Made by a program: the position numbers and the translations under genes | Part shown: in pieces, positions 36,702 through 48,012 of the stretch | Layout: each line of letters begins with the position of its first letter | How positions within the stretch are numbered: position 1 is the first letter of the stretch | Source of the DNA: Haliotis cracherodii | Lineage: Eukaryota | NCBI RefSeq assembly: GCF_022045235.1 | Contig: NW_027266267.1 | Span: forward strand, 32,426,001 to 32,490,000 | Direction of reading: 5' to 3' | Length of the DNA stretch: 64,000 bases | Notes under the pieces: model-generated | Database searches by the model: none | Seen by the model: the letters and a program-made list of their open reading frames with translations, nothing else | Told to the model about the DNA's origin: nothing

Positions 36702-37803
36702 TCTTGGAGCAGATAGATATGTCATGGAAAATATCAATACATCAATGAAAAAATTGAGTTATTACTGAAATGTCACAGCTTGTATGAGCCAGTAAGATGC
36801 AGTACAAAGTGTGTTCATGGTTAGCCTCAAATACATTGCACAGATGTAGTCTTTTAGACCTTTGGGTGTCAAACGATATAAAATTTCAACAAATTCATAA
36901 AAACATGAAATTGATAAATGGAGATTGACATGGCTGCAGGGAAGGTAAGCACGTTTGGTGTTAAAACTTCTCTCCATGCTGTAAACCCAGGCCTGTTTTA
37001 TGCTCCTGGTGAGAAGGAAAGTGATTCCACTTCTTGCAAGTGTTGGGACCACAGCTAAATCTCAGTGGGGATGTTTGCTTTTTTCACCAAAATGTTTCTT
37101 TAAATTGAATCTGTGAGCAATGAATTGGCTAGCTTGCAATGTGTTTGAAAGACATCTGGTTATGTTTGTTTTACACAATTAGGGAGTGTAGACTTCCACC
37201 TAATGTCTTCTTTCCCCAACATCTTATGTTTGTGCGGTTGACCAGAGGGGGGCGCTAATGTCATTTTAATTTTGTTTGAAAGTGAAAAAAAATATGGCCA
37301 AATTTAGTGTCAATTCCATCAAAATTGAGGAAATGTGTTTATAAGTACACGTCCAACGTGTGATCTTCCAAATATGACAGAGAATGACATCCGTTTTTCC
37401 TTTTTTGGGTGAAAAAGCTTCCACTTTACATCAGTTAACATCTTGTCAACAAAGTTGTAGAGGGATAAAATTTACAGATGTCTTTATCAGCAGATTTTGC
37501 TGAGCTGGTTGCAAGATGAGATGAAAGTGTCCTGCCTTGATCTGACAGTGTCGGGACGTACTAAAACCTGGGATGGTTTTTAAATGATTGAAGCAGTATT
37601 ACATTTACATGGGGTGGAATGGCTGTGACCAGGTCTTATGGGAGACTAGATGAGGCTTGTTGTGAGAACCTGTCACCTCCTTCACAGATAGTCCAGGTTC
37701 CCAGCTGTACAGAGGAGACTCATCACAGCTGTGATTAATGGATGAGAACCTTCTGAAGGTGTTAGTGTGATGGGGGTGGGGCATGGTAGGAGGTGTATCA
37801 CTC

Positions 37804-38290
37804 TTCTTGGATGTCCTGGTGATGTGTTCTTGAATGTTCTGGTGATGTGTCCTTGAATGTTCTGGTGATGTGTTCTTGAATGTCCTGGTGATGGGTTCTT
37901 TAATGTTCTGGTGATGTGTTCTTGAATGTTCTGGTGATGGGTTCTTGAATGTTCTGGTGATGGGTTCTTGGATGTCCTGGTGATGGGTTCTTGGATGTTA
38001 GGGTGATGTGTTCTTGAATGTTCTGGTGACGTGTTCTGGAATGTTCTGGTGATGTGTTCTTGAATGCCCTGGTGATGTGTTCTTGAATGCCCTGGTGATG
38101 TGTTCTTGAATGTTCTGGTGATGTGTTCTTGAATGTTCTGGTGATGTGATCTTGAATGTTCTGGTGATGTGTTCTTGAATGTTCTGGTGATGTGATCTTG
38201 AATGTTCTGGTGATGTGTTCTTGAATGTGCTGGTGATGTGTTCTGGAATGTTCCGGTGATGTGTTCTTGGATGTTTTTGGTGTTGTGTTT
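37804..38290. repeat. 23-bp minisatellite, ~21 copies
   Basis: Unit ttcttgaatgttctggtgatgtg. Confidence 0.96.
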
Positions 38291-39369
38291 CAGGTTCGAG
38301 ATTCAATATAGTGAATCAGAATTTGTGAATTTTTCTGTTTGGGTTTGGATTGAGTTTAGGTAATCCAGAAGTAGCTAGTTTGTTTGCATCACAGAGTTCC
38401 CAGATTTCTCAACTGTTCCAAATCTTCCCAGATATTGAGAGGGTTCATGGGTTGTTGGAATGGGTTTTGGGGGAACACATGAGACTGATCTAGTACAGTG
38501 ACAATGGGCTACAGTAACAACGGACTATAGTGACAAACAGCCAAATCACACAATGCACGAACTAATCTTCATGTTAGCCACTCCTATGATAACCAAGGGT
38601 ACTCGGGTCTGTTCTGGACCAAACACTCCCCATGGGACATTGTTTTACTGTCTCAATTTGTTTGTACAAACATAACCAGTTTGGACTCACAACACTGTCA
38701 CATAACCCCAACCATTATAAATAATTCACGAGATGCGACTTTCAGAATTTAGCCTGCATTAGCACAATGGCTGCCAGAGTAAAGTATGAATTACATCTGG
38801 CAAAGATTAAATAAACATGAAGTAAGATCCGATCCAAACAGGCTAAGATAATCATAATCATATTCTCAAATAGTTGATGTTTGAAGGGCTTGTAGGGATT
38901 GATTGTAGACCAGTCACAATGACAGAATATACAGAAAACATTCATCTTGATGTAATATTGATGGAGTGTGTGTACCTTCCCATGCTGCGTGTTTTTTGTG
39001 TACACTAAGTTGTTTGAACTGATGCAAGATATATGATCTATATGCCATGGCAACAGGAGAGCTTGAAATGGCACCATATATAGCTAAGGATTTTCCAATA
39101 ATATTGGCGAATTGCACAGGTAGTAAAAGATAGAATTGATTTACTTCCAGATGAAAAGAAACAAGGATGTTTTGAATTTACCGTAAAATATTCTTGCTAC
39201 ATACAAGCACTTAGAACTCTTTCAGTGATAGAGACTTGACTACACTATTTATTTTATTTGAAAGTGATGGCTGCATTTCTATAAAAATATGAATTTGGTA
39301 AATATGATTAATATTATGTTTTCTTTTGTCCTTGAAGAAATGAGTGAATGGAATGATACCGTAATTAGG

Positions 39370-39606
39370 TTGGGTGGTTGGTTTGTTGTTTAACGCCGCA
39401 CTCAGCAGTATTCCAGCTATATGATGGCGGTCTGTAAATAATTGAATCTGGACCAGACAATCCAGTGATTAATATCATGAGCATCGATCGACTCTGAGCC
39501 TGACCACCCAATCCCGTTAGTCGCCTTTTACGACAAGCATAGTCACCTTTTACGGCAAGCATGGGTTGCTGAAGACCTATTCTACCCCGGAATCTTCACA
39601 GGTCCC
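39370..39606 (-). mobile_element. Family A retroposon with both ends and a perfect TSD (small internal deletion)
   Basis: Flanked by the 8-bp direct repeat taattagg (39362-39369 and 39607-39614). The minus strand reads gggacctgtgaagattccggggtagaataggtcttcagcaacccatgcttgcc...ggaatactgctgagtgcggcgttaaacaacaaacc. Confidence 0.93.
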
Positions 39607-40031
39607 TAATTAGGAATGATCCTAAATCAACTTTCTCCATGGGGTTGCTGAAAATGATTTCCAGAACCACATGCTTGACCTCAACGTACTAAAATGGGGC
39701 TCTGGTCACCACAAACCATATTTGCCACCTGTAAATGTTTCAATGAGTGTGATGTTGTTGGGTCTTGTTTCCTGTGATGATGTGTGAATAGTCCCTTCAT
39801 AATTCACCAAGAGCTCAGCTCAACTTCTGGTTGTTTTCAGTGTTGGTAAGTCTTCACAAAATTCCCATCATAGTTTCGTTTTTTATAAAGATGTGAGAGT
39901 TCCTGTAGTGATCACAAGAGTGTGCTAATAAGAATAATGTGCATATGTATAGTGTGCCAATTCCTCGCCCTAAACCATGCTCAAAGAGCTGTATGAGTTG
40001 ACGGATTAGTGTGCACATGAGGACTATACAA

Positions 40032-40170
40032 ACCAAGCAGCCTGTGACTGACAGTCTCATTACCATCTCATCCTACTAGGTACCCATTCACTGCTGGGTG
40101 AACAGAGGCATACTTTTAACAAAGTCACTTGCCACATGTGCTTCGGTGTTGGGCAGGACCAAAGCCCTAG
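40032..40170 (-). mobile_element. CORE-like SINE fragment (family D)
   Basis: The minus strand ggcaagtgactttgttaaaagtatgcctctgttcacccagcagtgaatgggtacc resembles the MIR/CORE domain. A second copy lies at 53743. Confidence 0.65.
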
Positions 40171-40283
40171 AAACTCTCTGAGGTCAAACAGACGAACATT
40201 GTCACCCATCCTACTATTTTCTGCGACCACTGTTGCCCATCTTCACCTGATTTGTGACCTGTGTGGTGTACACATGACCATGT

Positions 40284-40384
40284 GACCCAGGGTTTGACCC
40301 CACACATGGGTACAATGTGCGAAACCCATATCTGGTGTCCCCTGCTGGGATGCAACGTTAAACCATCCTCACCCACTCACCCAC
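40284..40384 (+). mobile_element. tRNA-derived SINE (family B), partial
   Basis: cacatgggtacaatgtgcgaaacccatatctggtgtcccc...cgttaaacc...actcaccc. Confidence 0.75.
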
Positions 40385-42749
40385 TGCTTGTGGACGAACA
40401 GTGTATGACCGGTCAGTGGAAACAACTGATATCAACCTTGTGTCCTTGTGTCCTTGCGCTGCTGGATACAGCAGTTGTGTCCATGTCTTCTTACATTGGC
40501 AACATTTCAATTTAATATGGCAGCATGTGCAATATTACATCAGGGAACATATGTGTCTCCCAGCCTACACAATGGGAGGGAGGTTATTGCACTGGTAACA
40601 GCAGCCCTATGCAGGAGTCCCTGCTCCGCAAGCTGTTCTGGTTTGTGTTGTGGTTTGTGTTCTGTACTTTCATGGTTGTGTCCAGTGGGTTATTGTTGAT
40701 GCAACAGCCCCTAGGAAGAGTTCAATCTGAAATAGGTTAGTTCCTCATACAGACCCTGGAACAAAATTAAAAAACATCCCAGGCAAGTCTGTAATAGTTT
40801 TTCAAGTCTAGATTTCTTCAGTTTTAGGCTGAAAATTAAAAGGCCCCTTGGGCTCCTTTCTCTTATTTTTTAAAATATATTTGAACAAAAATGAACCTCC
40901 ATATACTGTCATTTCAGACATTTACCAAGGTATCAATACATTGCTATGCTTTGTACCTCTGTACTAGAACCATATGACATGGTCTTGTATTGGTACAAAG
41001 AGTAATATGTTTATATGGAGGGTAGTTTATATAGCAGAATGGATTGTAAAACTATTTTCTGACAAAATGACTGTTGGTACCATAGTTTTATTTTCTCAAG
41101 TTGATGACATTGTTTGGTTCGGCAACATCAGATGCTTTGGTGAAGGAATATGCCTCGTCAATATGGCAAGGTTGCAGTGTTCAGTTATCGTATTGAGATA
41201 CATAGTGGGATGGTTGGTGTTGTTACAGCCCAAAGACATCCAGATTATCTGGTGGTTCTCCTCTCCATCCTCAGCTTCAGAGGAAGCAGGTGTGAAGGAA
41301 AAAATAAACAACGAATATGAACGTGGTATTTGGCTGTCACTGCAAATAGAGAGTTGTCTTTTTAAGAATTGTGCGAAAATGGTTAAAAAATTTAAGTGAC
41401 TGAAAAACTGAAAATTTTATAAATTCGCAAAGTACATGCATTTGCTCAAAAACCCCTGACTGTCTCGTAATTCTGCTATATTGGCCAGGGAGGTACCTGG
41501 GATTCCAAGCAAAGTGCCCTTGACAAACACATTTGTTTTCAAAGACGGTATAATATACATTCAAGCAGGCAAATGGGTTGATTGAAAAAACTATTTTACA
41601 TTCCTTTGGTGGGATGGTAACATTAGGACTTTCGTAAAATGAGAACATTACGAAATGATCAAAACTAGATCAGTCAGCGTAGTCACATGCTTGTACGTAT
41701 GTACAGTGAACTGAAGAGTGCAAATTGCACATTGATTAGTATTCCGACTCAAATTGTGGTCTATTCAGGCAATTGTAATTTTGTGAGTTTGTGATGGGCA
41801 GATGTAACGTTACATATCTGAATATGATGGGGATGGGGTGGGGGAGGATGGTGGGAGGGGTGGGAATTTCAATAGCTGCCTTTGACAAAACCCAAGGAAC
41901 AAATGTCAGATCCATCGTTTATGAGCTGGTGCCTGTCTGGTGGAGAAGCAATTAGCTGGAACTGAATTTTTAAATCCCCTAGATAATACATGGTCCAGAA
42001 AGAGTTTTGGGGTAATGACCAAACTAGACTGGTTTGATATAGGCAGTGTGTCCAGTGTAGGACTTTCCTATGGAACAGTTATGAGACTGTCCAGGTGAAC
42101 TTATTCTTTTGGGAGGCATGTATCCTGGGTCACTGGGTACATGAGGTCAGGCCACGCCCACCCACCCTGGGGTCACTGAGGTAGCTTGTAATGGAGTCAG
42201 GCAAGTTCTTTGTGTTTGTTGTAAGGAGTATCTCCAGTAACCATGACCAATCTTAACATGATGGGGTCAGTGTGGCACTCGGCCTAGAAAGGTAACATGG
42301 ACATTTTGGAAAAATTTGTACAATTTGGAAACTGTGGTTTTACTTTTGTAGTTAGGAGATAGGTATGTGAAACATTTCTGTTCTGTTCTGACAGTTTCAG
42401 GCCTCAAAGTTTGTTTCTGTCCTAATAAACCTTTGGCTCCAAACTATTGTTTTCAGGGAGGCACTGTGAAATTCAAGAAGCCAGGTGAAAAAGTAAGGAG
42501 TCAAACTTTAAACTTCAGTGTTGGGCTTAAGCAGAATAATACATTACTATCTAATCTGCCTAACTGCAGCAAAACCAATGCCTACTTTTTGTTTTAGACC
42601 CTTTCTTGTTATTTATGTGTTTATAGGTACTTGACAAGTTTATTGATTAATTTTTGCCTTACAGTTTTTTTAATGAAATGTTAGTTCAGTCAATCAGAAT
42701 CTATTAATGTCTTGTGTTTCTGAACTATGCAGTCAGTTATATCACGATG

Positions 42750-42858
42750 CTGGCTTGATTTTTTTAAGTTGCCAAATGGCGACTGTTTAAACGTATTGGT
42801 CACCAAGTGGAAATGTCAATCGCCATGATGACCAATGTAGTTGCATCTTTAAGGCCTG
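42750..42858. mobile_element. Possible small degraded hAT-like MITE
   Basis: ggcgac/gtcacc/atcgcc internal motifs and a ...aggcctg end; the TIRs are poor. Confidence 0.25.
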
Positions 42859-43118
42859 GCTTTGTTATGTATGATTTTTGACAAAAATAATGTTTGGTAT
42901 GTTGATGGTGAGTCATGGTGATACTGAGGAGGATTTAAACTTTTTAAAAAATTACTTTCCACATGTAGCATTGTATAGTAACCAGGTGGTTTTGAAGTTT
43001 TGTCAAATGAATGGGGTTTGAAGTAAAGCTAGGTTGTTGAATTGGCCAAGGGTGTTTATCATAATAAGATACCCTGGCTCATCAAGGATGCAGTGGACCT
43101 AGTTAATTCACTGTATAT

Positions 43119-43290
43119 CCCCGTGTAAGACCTGGGTTAGACTAAGTCCTCAGCAACTATTGCTTGCCACAAAAAGCAACTATACTCAATCACTGGATTG
43201 CCTGGTCCAGACCTGATTATTGACAGACCGATCATATAGCTGGAATATTGCTAAGTGCAGCATTAAACAACAAACACACAAAACAAAACA
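43119..43290 (+). mobile_element. Family A retroposon, internally deleted and degraded
   Basis: Head remnant cccgtgtaagacctgggttagactaagtcctcagcaac and tail atatagctggaatattgctaagtgcagcattaaacaacaaac. Confidence 0.8.
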
Positions 43291-43313
43291 ATCATTTGTG
43301 TATAGGCAGTCAG

Positions 43314-43512
43314 GACTGCCTCTGTGGTCTTGTGGATAGATTGTTTGCCCAGAGAGGGGAAGGTCGATGGTCTTATCCATGGGTTAGAACTATAAAATTG
43401 GCATTAGTCCTGACTAGTACAAGCAACCACACACACACTTGTATGCACGTCGCTATAAAAGTGCAATAATCTTGTACGTGATGCAACGTTAAACCCCATT
43501 TCACCTCACCTC
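43314..43512 (+). mobile_element. Family C SINE lacking the central domain
   Basis: Head gactgcctctgtggtcttgtgg...ggtcgatggt and 3' part actataaaattggcattagtcctgactagtacaagca match 35500-35783. Terminal tail gcaacgttaaacc...tcacctcacctc. Confidence 0.75.
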
Positions 43513-43624
43513 AGACAATCCAAATCTGGTTGATAAGAAGACTGTTTGGCCAAGTGTGGAGTTTACCCTGCTCTCTGTCTTGAAGTTAACCCATTATATC
43601 TGTGCAATCAAGAGTAAACGCATG

Positions 43625-43670
43625 AAGCAGTGGGAGCTGGACTCTCCCCAGGGAGCTGAGAATGGGTGAT
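43625..43670 (+). mobile_element. Family D fragment
   Basis: ctccccagggagctgag is identical to a segment in the 53743-53937 copy. Confidence 0.45.
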
Positions 43671-44083
43671 TGGCAAATTACTGTTGGCCAATCTCCAGTC
43701 ATAATATTTGCCACCAACTAAACTCTTGTGTTGAACTAATTGCTTATGATGGCTGTATGGGGGCTCAGAGTAAACATCGCCCGTCATGTCCCTTGATGCA
43801 GAATCCTCGCAATTGTATTACGTTTACATGACAAATGGTTTATTAAGCAGATTCTTGTATCATCACATAATAGGAACCTATAATACTAATATGATACTTA
43901 AGATCCTTATCAACGAGTCTAAACTTGTCATCTTTGGTAATTACGTTAAAATAAATATTTTAGGATGACTAACATATGAAGTTAATTATTAATTGATATT
44001 ACACAGAGCTATTATGAAATTTGTTTTTCTGGTTTAGTGTTTGAATCCTGTTTGCAATGCATCAGTTCTTGTGTTCTAACTTG

Positions 44084-44170
44084 AGGGAGTGGGATAGCTT
44101 AGTGGTTAAAGCATTAGCTCATCCCACAAAAGACCCAGGTTCAATTCCAAAAGACACAATATGTAAAACC
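44084..44170 (+). mobile_element. tRNA-derived SINE (family B) head
   Basis: tagcttagtggttaaagcattagctc...gacccaggttcaattcc (A and B boxes). Confidence 0.7.
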
Positions 44171-45180
44171 TTTTTGTCTTTTAAACAGATGTTTGGTGCC
44201 CACTGTCTGTCACACTCTCAAGAAGGGGTACGGTGTGTTTTAGCTTGTCCTTGTTTCATATTCAGAAGTAGGGTTTAAAAATGTCAGCTGGACATTTTGT
44301 TCTTATTGATTAAAGATTTACCTAGATATTATGTCCCTTTAATTGAACATCTTCCTTTGTCGTCTAAATCAAGATATGGTCTACCAAATGACACCACTAA
44401 CAAAATCCTGACTATCGAAAAGATCAGCTAATGTGTAATCTATAGCATTACTGATTTCTAAACCAGCTCCAGAAACGATTAACAGAAATCGAAAATACTG
44501 GAAACATGACATAAACTCGATTCCGACTTATTCACATTGTGTAACATGTGGGTTATCAAGACGGGCACACGTAACATACCCCGTCTTTGTCAACTCCACA
44601 CCATTCAAATGCATTTCACAGCTATTGTGCATTTCGATAAAGACGACGTATTTAGCAGTGTGTCAGTGATAAAGAAGCGATAGACTGTATTTTCCACAAA
44701 AAAATCCGATTGAGTTGGTTAAATGAACCATTTTATCCTCCCTTTTTGTGAAAGGCTTGTGGATTTCTCAAGGCATTGAATTGTGACGTGCATTCATGAT
44801 TTTATTGTGACAAAGAATCGGCAGTACGGTTTTCAGTGGCTTTACGACTTGTGGCATGCCACGGAATACATTTGGAGGTTTACATTTGTTGATTCGGGGA
44901 CGGGTGCCTAGGTCTATAATTCTTGTAAACTGTTTGCTATCAGGCTGCTTGTGACAAGGTTATGTCAAAATGTCAGTCTTTATTTACTTCTTTGACAAAT
45001 ATTTTTGCACTGGATTTTTAAGGAATGTAGTTCAATATTTTGCGGAGGATTTGATCGCTCCTTTTGAGAACAAATTGACATTCATTTCATTTTTAAGTGG
45101 AAATGAATCAGATTTGTTGACAGGTTGTGGAGTGGGTTTGAGAATTTGATGATAGCGTCACAAGTTGTTGTATGTTTGTG

Positions 45181-46193
45181 CGTATGGTGCTTGTGCTGGG
45201 CATGCGGTGCTTGTGCTGGGCGTGCGGTGCTTGTGCTGGGCATGCAGTGCTTGTGCTTGGCATGCAGTGCTTGTGCTTGGCATGCAGTGCTTGTGCTGGG
45301 CATGTGGTGCTTGTGCTTGGCATGCAGTGCTTGTGCTGGGCATGTGGTACTTGTGCTGGGCATGTGGTGCTTGTGCTAGGCATGCAGTGCTTGTGCTGGG
45401 CATGTGGTACTTGTGCTGGGCATGCAGTGCTTGTGCTGGGCATGCGGTGCTTGTGCTGGGCACGCAGTGCTTGTGCTTGGCATGCAGTGCTTGTGCTTGG
45501 CATGCAGTGCTTGTGCTGGGCATGTGGTGCTTGTGCTTGGCATGCAGTGCTTGTGCTGGGCATGTGGTACTTGTGCTGGGCATGTGGTGCTTGTGCTGGG
45601 CATGTGGTGCTTGTGCTAGGCATGCAGTGCTTGTGCTGGGCATGTGGTACTTGTACTGGGCATGTGGTACTTGTGCTGGGCATGTGGTGCTTGTGCTAGG
45701 CATGCAGTGCTTGTGCTGGGCATGTGGTACTTGTGCTGGGCATGTGGTGCTTGTGCTGGGCATGTGGTGCTTGTGCTAGGCATGCAGTGCTTGTGCTGGG
45801 CATGTGGTACTTGTGCTGGGCATGTGGTACTTGTGCTGGGCATGCAGTGCTTGTGCTGGGCATGTGGTGCTTGTGCTGGGCATGTGGTGCTTGTGCTGGG
45901 CATGTGGTGCTTGTGAAAGGCATGCAGTGCTTGTGCTGGGTATGTGGTGCTTGTGCTGGGCATGTGGTGCTTGTGCTGGGCATGTGGTGCTTGTGCTAGG
46001 CATGCAGTGCTTGTGCTGGGTATGTGGTGCTTGTGCTGGGCATGTGGTACTTGTGCTGGGCATGTGGTACTTGTGCTGGGCATGCAGTGCTTGTGCTGGG
46101 CATGTGGTGCTTGTGCTAGGTATGCAGTGCTTGTGCTGGGTATGTGGTGCTTGTGCTGGGCATGTGGTACTTGTGCTGGGCATGTGGTACTTA
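45181..46193. repeat. 20-bp minisatellite, ~50 copies
   Basis: Unit catgtggtgcttgtgctggg / catgcagtgcttgtgctggg, perfectly in register. Confidence 0.97.
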
Positions 46194-47921
46194 TGTCAAA
46201 TTTGAGCAACATAAGCCTCAGCACCCTACAATGAAGTTCGGACATGTCTTCCAACAGTGGTTGGAGGGGGGAGTATGTACCCTTGGATGACACCCTTGCC
46301 TTATCAGCTTGCTTCGGGAATTAAACTCTTTGGTCGTTTTGAACAGAAGATCCATGGTTTGATTGCCTTTCTTGGGACTCTAGAATTTATGGCTTCTAAA
46401 ATTGCAAAAGCCATAGATTTAGGGGGTCCCTCAATATGTAGACAGTGTAAATTGTTTCAATAAATTTTATTTCATTTTTTGTTGTCATATTCATCAGTGT
46501 ATGTTGAAGTTTAAATGCCATTTTCAAAATTGCATATGGCTGCCGCAGTATTGTTTATGAGATATTGCATGTAATGATATGTTCTGCATCATTTATTACT
46601 GAGATGATAATTCACCATCAGCTGAAGATATTTGATACATTTTCTAAATGTCACAGAATTAATAGTACTTGAGGGAGAACAAATTCCCACTTGTGTATCT
46701 ATCAATTTCATTAAAACCCTATCATTTCAAGTATTCTATTTCCATAGAGCTTTCAGCTTTTAAATGAAATTTGAGATGGACTTAAATGCTTTTAGCACTG
46801 AGGCATATCATGGTATAAAAGATTTCTCACATTTGTCAGCCAGATACCCCTCTGTCAGCTGTAGTAGAACATTAGTTGTGTGGCAGTCATTATCAACAAA
46901 CTGACCTCAATAAAACTACTATGGTCACTCTGAAGAAACATTGACCTAAGCTCGGGTTTCTGAGGGAGCTGACCATCTCTATTGAACATCCAGCAATCCT
47001 ACCAGGGATTCATCATCCTTCCCTTAGAATCCTTACCGTGACAAAGAAGTAATTAGGACACCAGAATACTCAATAAGGACACTTGCGTACCGTCTGCTGT
47101 ACAACTGTTCATAGGAGAAACTAGTTACTCAATATATTTTTCGGGCAAATTTACATTTTCGATTTGAACATGCCATATCCTTTTGACGATAGGCTCGACT
47201 AAATTGTGCCAATGGTTTTCAATGGCCTTTCAGTGCCAATACACACCGGTTACAAAAGAGGCTCACACATGACTGCATATTTGAAAATTGAGTAATCTTA
47301 ACTAGGTTCATGGGCAATGTTGCATTGTTCAAATTTTAATTATGAAATACAATATTTTGCCGTGTGTATGTCATTGATGTTAATCACTTCATGCAGATCT
47401 GTTTAAACGCTTGAATTTCTTTTTGTTGGCGTGGAATTGTGGGTAATTTCCTGTGGTGAATATGCCGGTGAAGCAGGAAACCTTACAGGATTTTGAGGTG
47501 AAATTCAATGAAACCCAGAGGACAGAAATATTCCATCATATTTCAAGGAATTTCAATGACTGTCGAAACAAAGAGCATATGGGTCGAAGAATGAATCGTA
47601 ATTACATGATTGTAACCTCAATGATAGTGTCTTAAATAAACAAAAATATATCTTTCATTGAACTTGACAATGATATTTAATGACGATATTTAGTGGATTT
47701 TTTGCATTATTTTCCGACAAACCAAAGTTGTAGAAACTTTGAATCGAAGAACATTATGCAGTAAATTCTGTCCAATGGGCATGAAATATGTGTTCAGAAT
47801 GCAACAAGCTTTCTAATTGGCTGATAGTGACCATCCCAACATACAACTTGCTGATGTTGATGGAGCAAACTCGTTCTGCTTCTTCTCAACAAATATGATG
47901 CTGATTTTTGTTGTTTTACAG

Positions 47922-47978
47922 GGAGAGATGAGATAGACGGATTACTGGCACGGGATATACCAAACGTGGGGCTTGAAG
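47922..47978 (+). CDS. Probable internal coding exon (57 nt, phase 1-1) of an unidentified large-intron gene; peptide (G)RDEIDGLLARDIPNVGLE(G)
   Basis: Acceptor ctgatttttgttgttttacag (AG at 47920-47921) and donor GAAG|gtaagc (GT at 47979). Length is a multiple of 3 and only one frame is open (the other two hit TAG/TGA). Composition is purine/CpG-richer than the flanks. Protein family not recognised. Confidence 0.6.
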
Positions 47979-48012
47979 GTAAGCATATACTTTATATGTG
48001 TTCTGTTGAGAG

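Noticed and set aside
39500-39606. Canonical HDV-like or hammerhead ribozyme in the family A head
   Set aside because: There is no room for P3/L3/P1.1 between the stem-1 strands and no CUGANGA/GAAA core. It is reported only as an unclassified structure.
45082-46293. His/Cys-rich ORFs (metallothionein-like look)
   Set aside because: A 20-bp tandem repeat read in multiple frames on both strands.
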